Assembly (NCBI GenBank): GCA_030324005.1
Contig: JARDVH010000106.1
Span: 28,197,315 to 28,261,314, forward strand
DNA: 64,000 nucleotides
Source: Negaprion brevirostris
Lineage: Eukaryota
Direction of reading: 5' to 3'
Shown: piece after piece, positions 61,795-64,000 of the stretch
Numbering within the stretch: the first letter of the stretch is position 1
Layout: each line of letters starts with the position of its first letter
Notes under the pieces: generated by a model
What the model was told of the DNA's origin: nothing
Database searches by the model: none
What the model saw: only the letters and a program-made list of their open reading frames with translations
Translations under genes and position numbers: made by a program

Positions 61795-62160
61795 GTTGGT
61801 ATAGTGGTAGGACTTCTACCTCTGAATCAAAAGGTTGAGGGTTCAGGCCCCATTCTAGGATATGAACACAATCTAAGCACCTTTTCAATGCACTAATGAG
61901 ATAACTGCATTGTCCTTCAGTTGACATTAAACCAAAGTCAATTTTGTCTGTTCTGATGTATATACAAAATATCATTGCAACATTCAGAAAAGGCACCATG
62001 ATGTGTGTCTTGGGCAAAGTTCATCTAGTAGCAGCCTAACTGATCATTCATCTCATAGTGGGATCTTTCTGTACTACTGCCTAAGTGCAAACTAATTCAT
62101 TGTGCATTGACCTGAGATCTGAAGATCTAACAAGCCACTATGTAAATTCAGATTGTTTCC
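61795..62160 (+). mobile_element. tRNA-headed Deu-domain SINE
   Basis: tagtggtagga...ctctgaatcaaaaggttgagggttcaggcccc head; body homologous to 12127-12446. Confidence 0.6.
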
Positions 62161-64000
62161 TTAATTGTCTGGCTGTCTTAGCAGGCTTCTCCCTGCACCC
62201 ACACAAAAATAATTGTATATCTGGCACTTGAGAAATAGATGTCAAGTCTACTTAAAAATATTTGTTGATGTCAACATTTTTTTTGCATTACGCTATGGAC
62301 ACCAAAGGAAAATTAATTTCTAATGTGCATGCTTCTGACTGGACTAAAGGAAACATTGGGCCCTTAAAGTTGAACTTAGTTATTATAATGATTGAATTTG
62401 GTATGTTAATTCAGATTACTGTAAAAATTAAATGTTATTTTTGGTAATGGATTGTTCTAAAATCCTTGTCTTTTAGGAAAATAGTATGTTGTAGGTTCAA
62501 TTTCATGTGTACTGTCAATACTGATAGAAAACTGTTTGTGGAGTTAAATGTATCAGTTCATGTCATGTTTTATTACATTTTCTGTATCCTGCTATTTTGT
62601 GAAGGTATTCTGTTTTTTGAGTTCAAACTGTTCAGTGCTATTGAGTGTTTAAATGAGGTTATTCTGTTCAAAAACTATTCCCTTGGCTACTTGAACCAAG
62701 GTGTTCTTTCAGTTGTGCTCTCGCACTGATTCTTGATTTAAAAGTTTATTTGTGAAAATGTTTATTGCTTAACTCAATAATCTGAAATATGTTGTTGTTT
62801 CTGGTATGTATTCTGATATGTACTCTGATATGTACTACTGGCAAAAATGATAAACCCACTTCTGTTATTTTATCAGACTGATCAGAAAATTGTATAATGT
62901 GTTGAGGTTTTTCATTCTCTTGACCTTCTGTGTCTTTTAACTTTCAGAATCTTTTGTCAAGATCCATCTTTTAAAAAGAGGATGTGTACACAGTCTGAAG
63001 GTTCCCATTTGAAGCAACTGGCATCCAGAAAATGAATGGAATAAAGTGAATATAATTTTTTTAGATACAATTTGAAAATCCCATCAAAGGTAGCTTATCC
63101 TCCTTACCCTGGCCTAATGACAATGAAATTTTTGATACCCTATTCAAAATTATGTCTAAATATATCAACTTAGCAGGTGTCTTGAATTCTGATTTTTTTT
63201 TCTATATAGGCGGAATTATGCAGGTACCCGGTGTATTACAGCAAGCTAGTTCTCCCATGTTGACTGATAACCAATGTGGATTTTATCCACAAACCAGCTG
63301 CCTGCATACTTCATTTAATGGCTCACTTCACTTAACCATCTGTATTGACTCTTAGCACTCAGTATATTGCACCTTTTGTGCTTGTTAAAGTGAAGCCTGA
63401 ATGTTGGAGATTCAAACTCCTGCTGTCAGAAAATCAGTTGTTATATTTAGAAATAATTTTGGACATGACAAATAATTTTGTGACAGAGTACTTGAAATTG
63501 ACACGCCTTATACATCAAAGTTTAGCAATATTCAGGGCATAGCATTTACACAAAAATACAAGCTTTTGTGGTGATGGATAAGACGGATCAATTTCAAAGC
63601 TGTAGAAGCATTCCTACACTTTAAAAACTACCTTGACTTAAATTATACCTATCAAGGTAGTGACTGGCAGCAGAAGTGTCATGTTTCGCTCTGCTGGATA
63701 TACTTACCCATATTTTAGCACCAATTGGATTACTTGGTTAACCATAATCAAGCATTCTAACATGCACTTGTTGAACAGTTGAGGGACAATGCTGTAGTAG
63801 TGCTATTTATAATCCCTTAATTGGCATTGCAGGCAAAAATTGGAACATTTACAAGCATTTCTCCATGCAATCACAGATCTATATTAATAGATTTTCAGTT
63901 TTGACAGCTTGGACCAATCTATAATATTCACTTTGATTTATTGTCAAGTTGTGAAAACACAACTGGCTTTGATTTGAGTAGTTAATTTCCACTCTGCTGT

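Noticed and set aside
1-64000. Prokaryote-type systems (CRISPR arrays, operons, defence islands)
   Set aside because: The sequence is vertebrate, with no regularly spaced repeat-spacer array or dense gene packing.

Overview
Vertebrate genomic DNA, very probably a shark or other elasmobranch: it is AT-rich and carries HE1-type V-SINEs, Deu-domain SINEs, and CR1, L2, Rex1, L1/Tx1 and Penelope-like repeats. Many N runs are present, several about 100 nt, which suggests unsized assembly gaps. The only protein-coding genes I can support are two tandem, intronless-CDS copies of the sodium/myo-inositol cotransporter SLC5A3 (SMIT1). Copy 1 is complete (42201-44330, 709 aa). Copy 2 (48215-49414) is open and intact, but its N-terminal ~317 codons fall in an N gap. 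The copies are ~95% identical over the transmembrane core yet strongly diverged in the C-terminal loop and 3' flank, which suggests an old duplication with partial gene conversion. A CpG-island promoter and non-coding first exon (~29.8-30.6 kb) probably splice to an acceptor at 41866. Positions 1-29.7 kb are mostly decayed transposons, including fold-back Penelope-like elements with minimal hammerhead-ribozyme motifs, a multi-layer nested insertion and a decayed coiled-coil reading frame. I could not find exons of MRPS6, the mammalian host gene of SLC5A3. Repeat boundaries are approximate and all alignments and counts were done by eye.
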